From positions 800,001 through 864,000 of the forward strand of contig OZ219791.1 of the NCBI GenBank assembly GCA_964291215.2: a stretch of 64,000 nt of DNA, given 5' to 3'. This DNA is from Alphaproteobacteria bacterium. GTDB taxonomy: Bacteria > Pseudomonadota > Alphaproteobacteria > MPNO01 > UBA830. The notes under the pieces were generated by a model. It was not told the DNA's origin and ran no database searches. It was given only the letters and a program-made list of their open reading frames with translations. The translations under genes and the position numbers were made by a program. Positions 43,771 through 55,208 of this stretch are shown one piece after another. Within the stretch, counting starts at the first letter, position 1; each line of letters starts with the position of its first letter.

Positions 43771-45872
43771 GTATCTCCTCACCCCTCCGCAGAGGCGGGT
43801 TTGGCGTTGTGCATCTTGATCATGTCGGCGGCGAGTGCGATCCGGATGGCGGCTGTAGCCGAGTGCGGCCATGGAGGTGAGATAGCTTGAGCTTCGGCAC
43901 CAGGCCTCGGCGTGGAGCCGGGTTCGGAAGCATCCGGACATCTTGACCTTTGCCATCCGGATTTTCTGCTCGCCGGTGTTGTTGGTGAAGCTGACGTCCG
44001 GGTGCGCCAGGCTAACTGGTGGAATGTTGCCGGGTGCAAGTCCCGGCAGGAAGAGAGGCTAACCACCACTTTCTCCGTGAACCATGCGTCGTGAGGCGTC
44101 AGGCGAAGCGTTGGGGAGCGGCAGGCGTGGGCCGGGCTATTGAGCCACGAGATGCTTTGAAACCGGAGTGCCGAGGTCGTGGCCGAAGGCAACACCCCGC
44201 GAGCCGCGTTGGTGAGGCGAGCGGGGGCTCCGCGGGGTCCGAGAACCATGGCCGAAGCAGGGACCTGGGAGGTCTTGCCCCTCTGTCGTGGAGGGGCCGC
44301 AGAGGAAAGGAACTATTCCGTAAACCGATGATGAACGAGAAGTCAGATTCGGCCATAGTACCGCTGAAGGCAGCGAACAAAGGTTCTCCGGAGCCTGCGG
44401 AGTTGCTGGAGGGAAGGGCAATGCGATTGGCCCGCGCCGCGCGCAGAAGCGGGGGTCACAGGCGGCTGAACGCAGGTAGCGAAGAGGAACCCGGAAGAGC
44501 GTCTTTACTCCACCACGTGATGTCCTGCACGACGCGTTCCATTCCTTGAGGAAGGACGCGGCGGCGGGGCGTTGTGTGGCAAGCGTACGCGGAAGGGGTG
44601 GAACTGGTTGACCTACACGACCGTGTGCACAGGGGTGCGTACCGAGCGCCTCCAGGGTCTACATTCCCAAGGAGGATGGAGGGCAACGACCGCTTGGCAT
44701 TGCCTCGCTGGAGGACAAGATTCTTCAGCGGGCAGTGTGATTCTGGTGCCGCTCTACGAAACGGAGTTCCTCGGTTTCAGCTACGGTTTCCGGCCGGGGC
44801 GCATCACGCGCTCGACGCCGTCACGGTGGAACGGCGGAAGGTCAACTGGATCGTTGACGCCGACATCCGTGGGTTCTTCGACAATCTCGACCGCGACCAT
44901 CTGATTGCGATGCTCGAGAAACGGATCGGGGGGTTATCCGGCTGATCATCAAGTGGCTGAACGCCGGCGTCATGGAAGGGACCGACTGGCAAGGGAACAC
45001 CGCAGGGGGCGATTGTATCGCCCTGCCTCGCGAACGTTTACCTGCACTACGTGCGACTGGTTCCAGAACCACTGGCGCAAGCGGATGGCTGGAGGCGACA
45101 CGATCATTATGCGGACGACTTCGTGTGCGGCTTTCAGCATCTGGGCGATGCGCAGCGCTTTCTCCGGGACCTTGGGGAGAGGCTGGCCCACTTGAACTGC
45201 ACCCGGAAAATCATCGAGTTCGGTCGGTTTGCCAGAGCGAACCGCCGGAAGCAGGGCAAGACGTTCGACTTCCTCGGCATGACGCACTTCTGCGAACAGA
45301 CGAGGAAAGGCAGGTTCAGGGTCGGTCGCAAACCGTCTCGCAAACGGGCACCCTGCGGCGGATCAAGGGGGCCTTGCGCATGCGATGGCACGACAACCGG
45401 CACGAAACGGCCAAGTGGTGAGTTATCAACGGCTGCTACTACGCCGTCCCGGGAAGCAGTCAATCCCTGCAGGGGTTCATACACCAATGCAAACGGCTGC
45501 TCATGCGTGCCCTTCGGCGACGCTCCCAAAAGGACTTCACCGGGGACATAGACACCCTTGCCACCGCCCACTGAGCCAGCATCCGCCACCCGTGGCCAAA
45601 CCAGCGCCTTGTCGTCAGGGGAGGAGCCGGATGCGAACAGCGCATGTCCGGTTCTGTGCGGGGGGACCGGGGCAACCCGGTTCCCTACCGCAATGTCGCT
45701 CATGAAGCGCAGGACGGACTCTTCGTGCCTTGCGAGACGCTCCTGGAGGTTGTGCGCGTTCGCAATCCGTCCGCGTTTTTCTTTCTGTCGGGGCGGGATT
45801 TCAGGCAGTTCCTTCGCCCCCCTCCCCGGTCAGGATGGTCCGGTATCGCTTGATGACGCTGCGACGGTCGGC
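43771..45872 (-). mobile_element. IS66-family 3' portion (divergent variant) containing a group II intron
   Basis: TIR GTATCTCCTCACCCC at 43771; VLRFMSD|PDVSFTNN...SGCFRT. Confidence 0.85.
44002..45694 (+). mobile_element. Group II intron copy 2, frameshifted RT
   Basis: Starts GTGCGCCAGG; YADD; domain V at about 45622-45657; ends CCCTACCGCAAT. Confidence 0.92.
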
Positions 45873-45876
45873 CTTA

Positions 45877-45882
45877 TATGAT
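45877..45882 (+). promoter_or_regulatory. -10 box (TATGAT) of the IS110 circle-junction promoter
   Basis: Joining the ends at CT places TTGCCT (47475-47480) exactly 17 bp upstream. Confidence 0.7.
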
Positions 45883-45887
45883 CAGGT

Positions 45888-46174
45888 TTTGTCCCCGTGA
45901 TGATGCAATCATCCACAGCGGTCGGGGGCGGGAAAATGTGGATAACCTCGACTATGGGAGAGCGCCCGGTCCATGGTTGCAGAGAGATTCCGCTCCCTTG
46001 TGCGAGAACGTACAGGGGAGCGGGGATCAAACGATCTCCGCGGAGGTTGCCGTTTCGCCCCTGGCCTTGCAGAGTCGTTCCCGAGCGTGGTCGGCCAACC
46101 TCCTTTGGCGTCCCTTGCGTCCTGAATGGATGCTTGGGTTTGAACCGTATCATCACAAGGCGAGGAGCAAGGGA
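45888..46174 (+). ncRNA. Predicted IS110 bridge RNA (copy 1)
   Basis: Target loop 46042-46103 and donor loop 46111-46174 contain guides matching the target and donor junctions. Confidence 0.78.
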
Positions 46175-46983
46175 TGATGGTCAAGGTAGTAGCAGGGGTC
46201 AGCAAGGCCAGTCTGGACATCTGGCGCGTCGTTTTGCGAACGACGCCACGGGCGCGTGGCTTCGCAGCCTCGAGGTGACCCGTGTGGTGATGGAGGCGAC
46301 AGGTCGCTATCACCGCAGGGTTCACCAGTGTCTTCATGACCGGGGCTTCGAGGTTGTCTTGGTCAACCCGTTGCGGGCTCGGCGCTTCGCCGAGGCGATG
46401 GGCCATCTGGCCAACCGCGTTGACGCCAAGATCGGCACGGTGCGATCTCGAGCCTGTGGCCCCTCAGGAAGCCTTCCTCAAGAGCCTAGGGGATCTCCTG
46501 GTGCCGCGCTTGTCGACGCCAGGCAAGTGGCCAAATGAGGTGGATGGCGAGACCGTCACAAGGGCCTCGGCGGCCGATCTCGATGACCGCATTGCCGGCG
46601 CGGCGATCAAAGCGGTGATCGCCGGTGATCCCGAGCAGAGGTACGCCATCCTGACCTCGATCCCCGGTCCAGTGACCGCCGCAGCCCTTCTTTGTTGGAT
46701 GCCCGAACTCGGCAGTCTCGACCGTCGTCAGGCGGCAGCCTTGATCGGGGTGGCGCCGATAGCCAACGACCACGGCGCTCGGCATATCCGAGGCGGGCGC
46801 CGGAGGCCACGTGATCTCCTGTTCATGGCCGCGACCTCGGCTGCACGCTTCAACGCGGATCTGGTGTTCGAACGCCACAAGACCGCCGGCAAGGCCCACA
46901 AGGTCGCCATTGTCGCCGTGATGCGCAAGCTCTGGCGAACACCTTGCTGCGACAGCAGCGTTGCCCGAAGCACCGGTGAGTGA
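46174..46983 (+). pseudogene. IS110 recombinase pseudogene
   Basis: MMVKVVAGV-SKASLDI (first Asp deleted); several frameshifts. Confidence 0.85.
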
Positions 46984-47000
46984 GCGAAGGAGACCCCCTC

Positions 47001-47265
47001 ATGGCCCTCACCTCTGCCGAGAAACAGCGCCGTTATCGGGAACGCCGCAAATCTCTGCCCACGGAAAGCCTCGTCGTTCCCGTGCGCAACGCTGGCGCGA
47101 TGCGGTGGCTCGGTGCAGTGCAGGAGCACTGTCGGGACTGTCTCGACAGTCTCCCCGACGCCCTGCGCGACACGGCTTGCGGAGAACGTCTGCAGATCAT
47201 CGTCGAGGCTGACATCGCGGATCTTGAGGACATCGAACCGCCGCGCGGCTACGGACGGGACACTT
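47001..47265 (+). pseudogene. Small conserved hypothetical cargo ORF inside IS110
   Basis: MALTSAEKQRRYRERRK...LDSLPDALRDT...IEPPRGYGRD; homologous remnant at about 58300-58427. Confidence 0.6.
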
Positions 47266-47495
47266 GGAACCCCATTGAACATGATAACGTTACCATGCAC
47301 GGGGACGCTGGACGGCAAGGTGGCCGCGCTCACGTGACCGTGAGCAATGGACGGCAACCCGCCGCCGGGACCACAAGCTGCATGTCGCCTCACTCGCAGG
47401 ACATCGACAAGGCGGAACCCCGGACCGCCTGTGGATAACCACAGAAAAAATTACCGCGGACACCCGCAAAAACCTTGCCTGGAAACATGGATGCT

Positions 47496-47868
47496 CGGGA
47501 TGGTGCGATGCCATCATCGACCGCGCCAGCGACTTGTCCTCGTCGGCAACCGGAACCACGCCGATCTCGCCAAGACGGCACGACAGGTGCCTGTCGGGAT
47601 AATCCGGCGACGGGGCCAGGGACTCCGGGGTCACCGAGCCTCCGGCAGGCCGAGTGCGGCGGAGAACTTCGGAAGCGCGGTCGAGGCACAGTTCTCCCTT
47701 CGCGTTCCGCCAGTCCTCACGCTCGCAGAGCTCACGTGCCAGGAAGGTCCGCGTGCAATCCCCGGCGCCAAGCCGTGCCTTCAGCCAGTCAACCGTCTCG
47801 CCGCCATAATGTCGCAGGCCGATTCTCATGGAACCGTATATACGGCGTCAGTTGCTTCGAGTATACAG
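47496..47868 (-). pseudogene. 5' fragment of a DUF4338-type transposase, cut at the IS110 junction
   Basis: MRIGLRHYGGETVDWLK...LCEREDWRNAKGELCL...MMASHHPE. Confidence 0.7.
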
Positions 47869-47869
47869 T

Positions 47870-49777
47870 GTTCGGTTGAAAGGATGTGGACGGCGGTGAC
47901 GGCGTCGAAGGCGAGGCACTTCTTCAGATCGTCGGCCCTGTTGAGCCGGCGGTTTTTGATCCGGGTCCCGGTCTTCAGCGTGCGGAACTAGGTCTCGATG
48001 CTCCATCGCGTCCGGTACCAGCGCAGGACGGTCGCCGCGTGCACGGCCTCCGCTTGCGCCGGGCGCTCAGCAGCAGCAGCGCCTCGTCGCCGTCATCGGT
48101 CTTGCTGGCCGAGACCGCGAACATGGACACAGGTTCCGCGTCGCCCTCGCGTTGCGGCGGCGCCACCTCGACCTGTGCCGTGCGGATCTCGAGATGGACA
48201 ACGCGCTTCTTGCGGGCGCACGGGCCGGCGGCGGCCGGGATCGTCAGCTCCGTCACCGCCACGGGCCGCCGGGCCGCGACATGCTCCCACAGGCACTCCT
48301 CGTTGCCGTTGGGCGTCCGCACGCGCTGTCTCGCCGAGCGGCTCGCCCGCACCAGCAGCGCAGCCCCGGTGTCCACGGCATGGGCGAGCAGCTCCCGGAA
48401 GTCGCCCTCGCGGTCGCAGACCGAGACCACCCGCGTGTCCGGGCAGGCCGTCGCGAGCTCTCGTGCCCGCTCGAGACCGGCGACCCGGCGCCGGCTGTCC
48501 TCCCCGGGCTCCTGCCGGAAGGCCGCGTCCATCGTGAACAGGCCCAGGGGCCGGCCCTCCGGCGTCACCGCCAGACCGGCATGGGCGAGAATGTCGACGC
48601 TCCCCTTGTCGCCCCCGCCGATCCCGTCAGGACCCTTCGTCGACCCCGGGCCGCTGTAGTCGAGTGCCGTCGTGTCCTGTATCGCAAGGACAAGAGGCCC
48701 TGTCCGACAACGCTCGACTCGACATGCGCCTCCAGAACGTGCTCCATGGAGACCCTCGGGTTCGACAACAACCGGCAGGCGGCCTTCTGCTCCGCCTTCT
48801 CCGAAAAGATGACCGGCAGGTCCTCCCCCATGTTCTCCATCCAGGCCCGGCCCATGTCAACGATGCGCCGCCGCATTCGCCCGTCGGTATGGCGCGTGCG
48901 CCCGTACTCCCGCTCCGCCCAGTCCGCGTCAGTGCCGTCATAGGCGCCCGCCAAGGCGCCGAGTGGACGTCGCTGTGTCCCGTGGAGCGCCGCCCGCCAG
49001 CCGCTCTCCAGCGCCAGGACCCGCACCGTGCGAACCTCGCCGCGGCGCCCGCTGGTCCGCCCGGCCACGGTCCAGCCGGCGCAGTGGTAGCAGTAACCGC
49101 TGTGCTCCCACCGGACGCACCGCATAACGGGCCTCCCAGTCGTCGGCGATGCGCTCCGTCGCCATGCGCAGGACCCGGGAGGCCAGCCCGTAGACCCGGA
49201 CGCCGGGAAGCAGGAGAAACCGATGATGGCAGATCACGCGCCTGATGTTGGCGGCGCGGGCGTCGGCAGACCATCCGATCCACTTGTCCCGCGCCCGCAG
49301 CTGCCAGGTCGCGGACCCGAAGCCGATCCCGCCGAGCGTGCCGTGGTGCTGCGAGCGGACCCAGTAGCGCATCTGGCCGCCGGGCGAGCGCGCCCATCCC
49401 AGCGGGTGGTGCGTCGCCATCATCGCCTCCCAGAGCCGGCGATCGTCGGTGCCGCCCACCAGTTCGAGCGAGACCGGGCCGAGATCCTGCAGCAGGCAGG
49501 CGAGCTTGGTGTCGGGCACGTCATCGGACGGGACGGCGGGCACGACGGTCGGATCGGGGGTGCTCCGCGGCGGCGGAAGCTCGAGACCCACGCGCTCGGC
49601 GAGCGCCGGCAGCACCTTCGCTGCCGCCGACAGGCACGGACGACCAAGCGCGTTGCGCCAGCCGGTGCGCTCGCAAAGCTCGCGAGCCAAATCGTGACGG
49701 GTGGCGGCGGCGGAGCGCAACGCGCCAGCGAACCAGTCAAGTGTCTGTGAATCGAAATGGCGGAGACCGACCTGCAT
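47870..49777 (-). pseudogene. DUF4338 plus IS4/IS50(Tn5)-like transposase pseudogene
   Basis: WQLRARDKWIGW, RFLLLP...LASRVL, then DWAEREYG, VCDREGD, WSIET. Confidence 0.8.
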
Positions 49778-49818
49778 GCCCGCAAGCATGCACGAAACGA
49801 ATTACCTATACAAATCTG

Positions 49819-51299
49819 GTAACTGTTCACCCCCTGGTTCCGGCTTGATGTCGGGGTAGAGTAACGAACGGGTTTACGTGGAGATTTGACATTGCAGGCC
49901 GATTCGCTTAGTGGTGGTCATCGAGAACGACGGGGACCGCCAGTGGGCTACTTTGGATCGAAGGCGACGAGCGGGCTGTGCCAGCTGCTTCCGGGGCTCC
50001 AGCCCCCGCATGATCTGTATGTGGAAACGCATCTCGGAGGCGGCGTGCTGATGAAGCGCAAGGCCGGGTGATGGCGACGGGCGGCGCGCGAGGAGTTCGA
50101 AGCGGCCAAGACCGCGGCGCTGCCGGCAAGGTGGCGGAAGAGGCCGTCATCCGCGTCTTCGTCATCCTGCTCGACATCCTCATCGTCGTCCTTCTGGAGA
50201 AGACCACGCACGAGCCGGAACTCCGGTCTGCCGCCGTCACAGACGGACAAGAGCGTGCCGGGAGCAACGGCCCGAAGCCGAACCAGCAGATGGGCGACAA
50301 CCTGCGCAAGATCATCGTCGAGGAGACGGTCGCGGCCTGCGACGCCTGCGGCGCCGACGGCCCCGTCGATCGGGAGCGCCGCACGACATCGTGTTCGAGG
50401 TCGTCGAGCGTCGACGCCGAGGAATGCCCGAAGTGCAAGGCCCGGGGCCGGTTCCCCGACAACATCCCGTGCAGTACGGCATCCAGGCCCTCGTCATCAA
50501 CCTGCTGGTCGCCCAGATGCTGTCCCTGCGCCGTGCCGTTGCGTTCGTGCAGGCGATCTCTGGCATCAAGCTCTCCGAGGCCTCGGCTATGCTTTCACGA
50601 TGTGTCATGGGAGGAAGCCGCCGTGGCGCACCTCCTGCAACGCCCGATGTCGATGATTTCGGATCAACAGTAAGTGGCTCCATGTCGTGGGGCCCTGACG
50701 TGCAAGTTCCCGCACCGCAAGCGCGGGCAAGAGATCGGCCCGTGCTACAAGGGCGTCCTGGGCCTCGTATATGGCAGTGTAGCCACCAGCTGTGCGGTAG
50801 CCACCAGCTGCGCGAACTGACCTTTGTCGTCGAGGCTACCGCGCGACTGATGAAGGGCCTGCTCCGCGAGGTCTGCCACAAGGTCAACAAGAGCGCATCC
50901 AAGACCCTGAACGACGCCGGGCGCAAGCGCTACCGCACCATCAGGGCGCCAAGGAACTGCCCGACATCCCGACGAAAGGAAAACGTGGACGCAAGTCCGA
51001 CGCGCACAACCTGCACGAACGTCTCGTGAAACACGAAAACCTGCGCTTCATAGACAACCCCGACGTCAGCTTCACCAACAATGCCGGAGAACAGAAGATC
51101 AGGATGGCAAAGGTCAAGGTGTCCGGATGCTTCCGCTCCACGCAAAAGCATGGTGCCGGGGCTCAAGCTACCTCACCTCCATGGCCGCACTCGGCTACAA
51201 CCCACTCGTCGCCACCCAGATCGCCCTCGACGGAAAAGCCGCAGACATCATCAACGAGCACTATGGCCAATCAGAACCCAACAAGGGGTTAGTAGATAC
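49819..51299 (+). mobile_element. IS66-family element, intron-free paralog of 12247-15370, degenerate
   Basis: TIRs GTAACTGTTCACCCC / ...GGGGTTAGTAGATAC; perfect 8-bp TSD CAAATCTG; methyltransferase fragment at 49943-50071. Confidence 0.92.
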
Positions 51300-51329
51300 C
51301 AAATCTGATACTTTGAAAGGGTCCTGACC

Positions 51330-52040
51330 CGCGGAGCCCCGGGGCTGTTTGCCCGGCTGCGCGCCTGCCGGGGCACCCTGCAGATCGACATTCCCCGCCT
51401 GACGTCCCGGCCGAAGTCCTCGGGGCGGAAGAAGCAGCCCGGCCGCACGCTGCGCCGGAACGCGGTACTCGAATTGCGCTGGTCACGCTGCCGGCGACTG
51501 CCAACTACCCCGATGCCGCGCCCGTGACCGCGCTGCATCTCCTCGAGACGGACCCGCCGACCGGGGAGTTCCCGGTGGAATGGTTCCTGCTGACCGACCT
51601 TCCGGTGGACCACGCGGCGCGGGAGACCGTCGGCTGGTATGCGCTGCGCTGGCGGATGCTGGTTCCGGGTGCTGAAGTCCGGTTGCCGGGCGGAACACCT
51701 GGCGACGCGCAAGGCCTGCCGGCTGGAACGGCAGATCACGATCCACGCCGTGATCGCCTGGCGTCTTTTCGGGCGGGACGTTCCGACGATCGAGCCCGAC
51801 TGCCTGTTCTCTGACCTGGAACTCCGCTTCCTCTCCGACTATGCCCGCCGATACCGGCTGGACCCACACTCGGGGCGGCGGTGACACTGGTGGCGATCCT
51901 CGGCGGATATCTGAACCGCAAGCATGATCCGCTACCGGGCGACCAGACGATGTGGCTATCCGCGACTGGCCACCGCCACGCTGGCCTATGAATGCCTGCT
52001 TGAGGCTCTCGGCCTGGATCCGACATCGGAAGGATACAAT
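51330..52040 (+). pseudogene. 3' fragment of an IS4/IS50-like transposase
   Basis: VEWFLLT, WYALRWR, FRVLKSGC, AVIAWR, LGGYLNRKHDP. Confidence 0.8.
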
Positions 52041-52066
52041 CAAGCTCTGCGCAATTTATGCCCTCG

Positions 52067-53255
52067 TTCCATAGTGAAGTGCAACACATGATGGGTTGTG
52101 GTCATGTGTTTTTAGACGCATGATGTTGCGGAGCGGTAGCGGCGAGAGTTTCTGTGCAAGATGAAGGGAGCTTGTTCATGTCCAAAGGCTACCGTCACCT
52201 ACGAAGAGCGATGCCAGATTGAGGCGTTACAGAAAAGGGGTCTTTCACAAGGTGCGATTGCTCGGCAGCTGGGCCGATCAACAATTTTCCGGGAGATCAA
52301 GCGCAACACCGGGGGACGGGGTTACCGTCACAAGCAGGCGCAAAGGATGGCAGAAACGCGCCGCAGGGCCGCCTCGTCTGTTTCCTGGCGGTTGACGCCT
52401 CGGGTTGAGGCTCAGAAAAAGCTGCGGGAGGGCCCCGAGCAGCGGCCGTTTTCGACTGGAGGGCCGTGGGTCGGCAACGGATCCATGATCGCCGAAGATC
52501 GGAGAGCCGGGGGCGTCTTGTGGAAGAAGCTTCGGCGGCGCGGCAAGAAGCCGAACTGGAAGGGTGGATGCCATTCCGGCCGGGTGGACATTTCCGAGCG
52601 CCCTGCGGAGGCAAAGGAACGGGTTGGCGACCGGGAGCCATCATCGGCAAAGCTCACAGTGGAGCTGTCGTGTCGATCGTGCCACGAAATACGCCTTGCT
52701 GGGTGGACAGAAAGACACGGTTGGTATGATCCGCCTGCTCGGCTCTGGTGCGCTATTGGTCCACACAATCACAACGGCAAGGAGTTCGCAGACCACAGGC
52801 GTGTCGCTGAAGCATTTGACGCAGATTTCTTCTTCGCCTTTCCATTCTTGAGAGCGCGGCTTGAATGAGCACACCAACGGCCTGGTGCGGGAGTACTTCC
52901 CGAAGGGCACGGACTTTCGCGCGACATGCAACGAAGATGTTCAGAAGGTGCAGGATCGGCTCAACACTCGGAAAGTCCCGGGATCGCCGACGGAGGTAAT
53001 CTTGAAGTGAAACCGCCCTGACCATCTGCGTTCCGAAGCCGCAACGTGCAGCAGGGTCCATGCCGCGCGACGGCGAAATAGTGGCTTGAAGCCGACAAAG
53101 GCGTTGCATAAGCTTGATGTTGAAGGAACTGAAGCTGTTCCTAGGCGGAATCGAGAGTGGCAGAGGGGGAAAATTTGTGCAACATCCGGCCCTCATCGCA
53201 GTGAGGGCGTAGCCCGAACGGAGATGAGGGCCGGATGTTGCACTTCAGACTGGAA
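52067..53255 (+). mobile_element. IS30-family element, degenerate
   Basis: TIRs TTCCATAGTGAAGTGCAACA / revcomp TTCCAGTCTGAAGTGCAACA; ERCQIEAL, NGKEF, NEHTNGLVREYFPKG. Confidence 0.85.
53177..53243. repeat. Perfect 21-bp inverted repeat (25-nt loop) in the IS30 right end
   Basis: GTGCAACATCCGGCCCTCATC ... GATGAGGGCCGGATGTTGCAC. Confidence 0.9.
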
Positions 53256-53395
53256 GTGGGGATATATAAAAGCTGACGGTGCTTTCGCTACGCGTGGTGT
53301 CGGACGGAGCGACGTTCTTCGAGGGTGTCGACCCGAGATGGCGGATCGCGCTTGGGAGGACTTCATGACCGAGATCGGGACATAAGGGCCGGACG

Positions 53396-54181
53396 ATGCG
53401 CATTGGGGTGATCGGATATGGTTTTATCGGGCGCTCCATCGTGGAACGGATCGATGGCAGCGGCGGGCTGTTCGAGACTGCCTTCGTCTACAATCGAAGC
53501 GCCGATGCCCTGGTCGGGCTAGATCCCGCGCTCCGGCTCGACGACCTTGGCGGAGCGCGCGAACATCGTCCCTCGCTGATCCTTGAATGCGCCCATCCGT
53601 CCTTTACCGCCCGCTTCGGTGCGGAATTTCTGGAATTCGCCGACTACATGCCACTCTCGGTCACAGCGCTCGCCGATGACGGGCTCAGGACCCGGCTTGA
53701 AGAAGCGGCGAACGCGCATGGCACGCGGTTGTTCGTACCGAGCGGCGCACTCCTCGGCGGAGACGAGCTGTTGTCGCGGTCCGGGCAGTGGCAACGGGTT
53801 AGGATTACCTTCCGTAAGCACCCCGACAATATCGACTTCGCCGACAGCGGCGTGGATCCGGCGACGATCGACGGCGAGACGGTGATCTACGAGGGCTCGG
53901 TCCGCGGTGTCGCGCGACTTTACCCGCGCAATGTCAACACCATGGTGACTTGTGCGCTGGTTGCGACCGGCCTCGATGAATGCGAGGCGCGCCTGGTTTG
54001 TGATCCCGGGCTCGATTGCGCGGTAGCCGAGGTCGAGGCCTGGGACCACCAGGGCGGTATGTTCCGCACCGAGAAACGCCAGCCCGCCGTCGGCGTCTCC
54101 GGCACCGAAATGGTGCATTCCATCTGGTATTCCATCTTGCGCATGAGCGGCAGCCGGAGTCATGCGATAGAGTTGGTGTAA
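53396..54181 (+). CDS. Aspartate dehydrogenase-like (DUF108) oxidoreductase
   Basis: GYGFIG Rossmann motif, ECAHP, PSGALLG, RKHP, YPRNVN. Confidence 0.75.
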   Translation: MRIGVIGYGFIGRSIVERIDGSGGLFETAFVYNRSADALVGLDPALRLDDLGGAREHRPSLILECAHPSFTARFGAEFLEFADYMPLSVTALADDGLRTRLEEAANAHGTRLFVPSGALLGGDELLSRSGQWQRVRITFRKHPDNIDFADSGVDPATIDGETVIYEGSVRGVARLYPRNVNTMVTCALVATGLDECEARLVCDPGLDCAVAEVEAWDHQGGMFRTEKRQPAVGVSGTEMVHSIWYSILRMSGSRSHAIELV

Positions 54182-54227
54182 CGGTATGCTTGGAGTCGAA
54201 AAATCGAAACCGATAATGGAGGATATT

Positions 54228-55208
54228 ATGTCCATGCTGAAATCGTGGTCCGTGGTGGCCACCCTCGCCCTGGCTGCCCTGGTTCTGTTATCTCAACCCG
54301 GATCGGCCGCGGACAAGAAGGTCGCGATCGCGAACCTCGGTCCCCATTCCGTCCTCAAGCTGGTGATCGACGGCTTCAAGGCGGGCTTGGAGAGCGGCGG
54401 CTTCAAGGAAGGGGCGGGGGTCGAGTACATTTACAAGGATGCGAATTTCGATCCGGCACTGGTAGCACAGGTGCTGACTGCGCTGGAGGCGTCCGATCCC
54501 GATCTGTTGTTGACCATCACGACACCCATCACCCAGGCGTCCAAGCGGGTGATCCGCAACAAGTCGCTGCCGATCGTTTTCGCGCCCGTCACCGATCCGG
54601 TGGACGCGGGGCTGGTTAAATCCTGGGACAAAGGGAGCGCGCGTTTCGTCGGCGCCTCCAATCTTCAGGACATGGATACGGTCATCGCGAAGGCCAAGAC
54701 GATCCTGGGCAAGGTGTCGACGATGGGGCTCCTGTTCAATCCGGGCGACGCGAACGACCGGGTGAACGTCAAATACGCCGAAGCCGCGGCGAAGAAGGCC
54801 GGCGTGAAACTCAGGACGGTCAGCGTGGAGACGGTCAACGATATTCCGAGCCGGGTGGCGGGGCTGAAGGGGGTGGACTTCATCTACCTAATCCCGTCGA
54901 GCATGCTGCAGCCCTCTGTCGCGGTCATTGCCGCATCGGCCAAGCGCAACAGGATACCGGTGATCAACGCCAGCCCCGGCGGCGTGAAGGACGGGCATGT
55001 TCTGGCGGCGGTCTCGGTCTCGTGGCGGGATGTCGGCTTTCAGGCCGGATTGCTTGGCGCGAAGATTCTGAAGGGAGCCAAGCTGTCCGATCTACCGATC
55101 TTCAGGCCCAAGCCGAAGGATCACCGCGTGCTTCTGAGCGGCAAACGGTTCGGCGAGATGAAATTGCCGATACCGGCCGCGCTCAAGGACTGCAAATGCG
55201 TGATGTGA
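54228..55208 (+). CDS. ABC transporter substrate-binding protein (ABC_sub_bind family)
   Basis: Signal peptide; PIVFAPVTDPVDAGLV; GGAGGA RBS. Confidence 0.85.
   Translation: MSMLKSWSVVATLALAALVLLSQPGSAADKKVAIANLGPHSVLKLVIDGFKAGLESGGFKEGAGVEYIYKDANFDPALVAQVLTALEASDPDLLLTITTPITQASKRVIRNKSLPIVFAPVTDPVDAGLVKSWDKGSARFVGASNLQDMDTVIAKAKTILGKVSTMGLLFNPGDANDRVNVKYAEAAAKKAGVKLRTVSVETVNDIPSRVAGLKGVDFIYLIPSSMLQPSVAVIAASAKRNRIPVINASPGGVKDGHVLAAVSVSWRDVGFQAGLLGAKILKGAKLSDLPIFRPKPKDHRVLLSGKRFGEMKLPIPAALKDCKCVM

Larger units (their letters stand above)
45873..47495 (+). mobile_element. IS110-family element copy 1 (CT core at both ends)
   Basis: Homology to copy 2 defines the ends CT-TATATGA...CATGGATG-CT; recombinase remnants VMEATG, SIPG, IRGGR, AVMRKL. 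Confidence 0.9.

Noticed and set aside
42165-43785. Composite transposon bounded by the IS66 ends at 42165 and 43771
   Set aside because: Both ends point the same way and share no TSD
48938-49789. Druantia anti-phage system
   Set aside because: DUF4338 is part of transposase pseudogenes here; no DruE helicase or other dru genes are present
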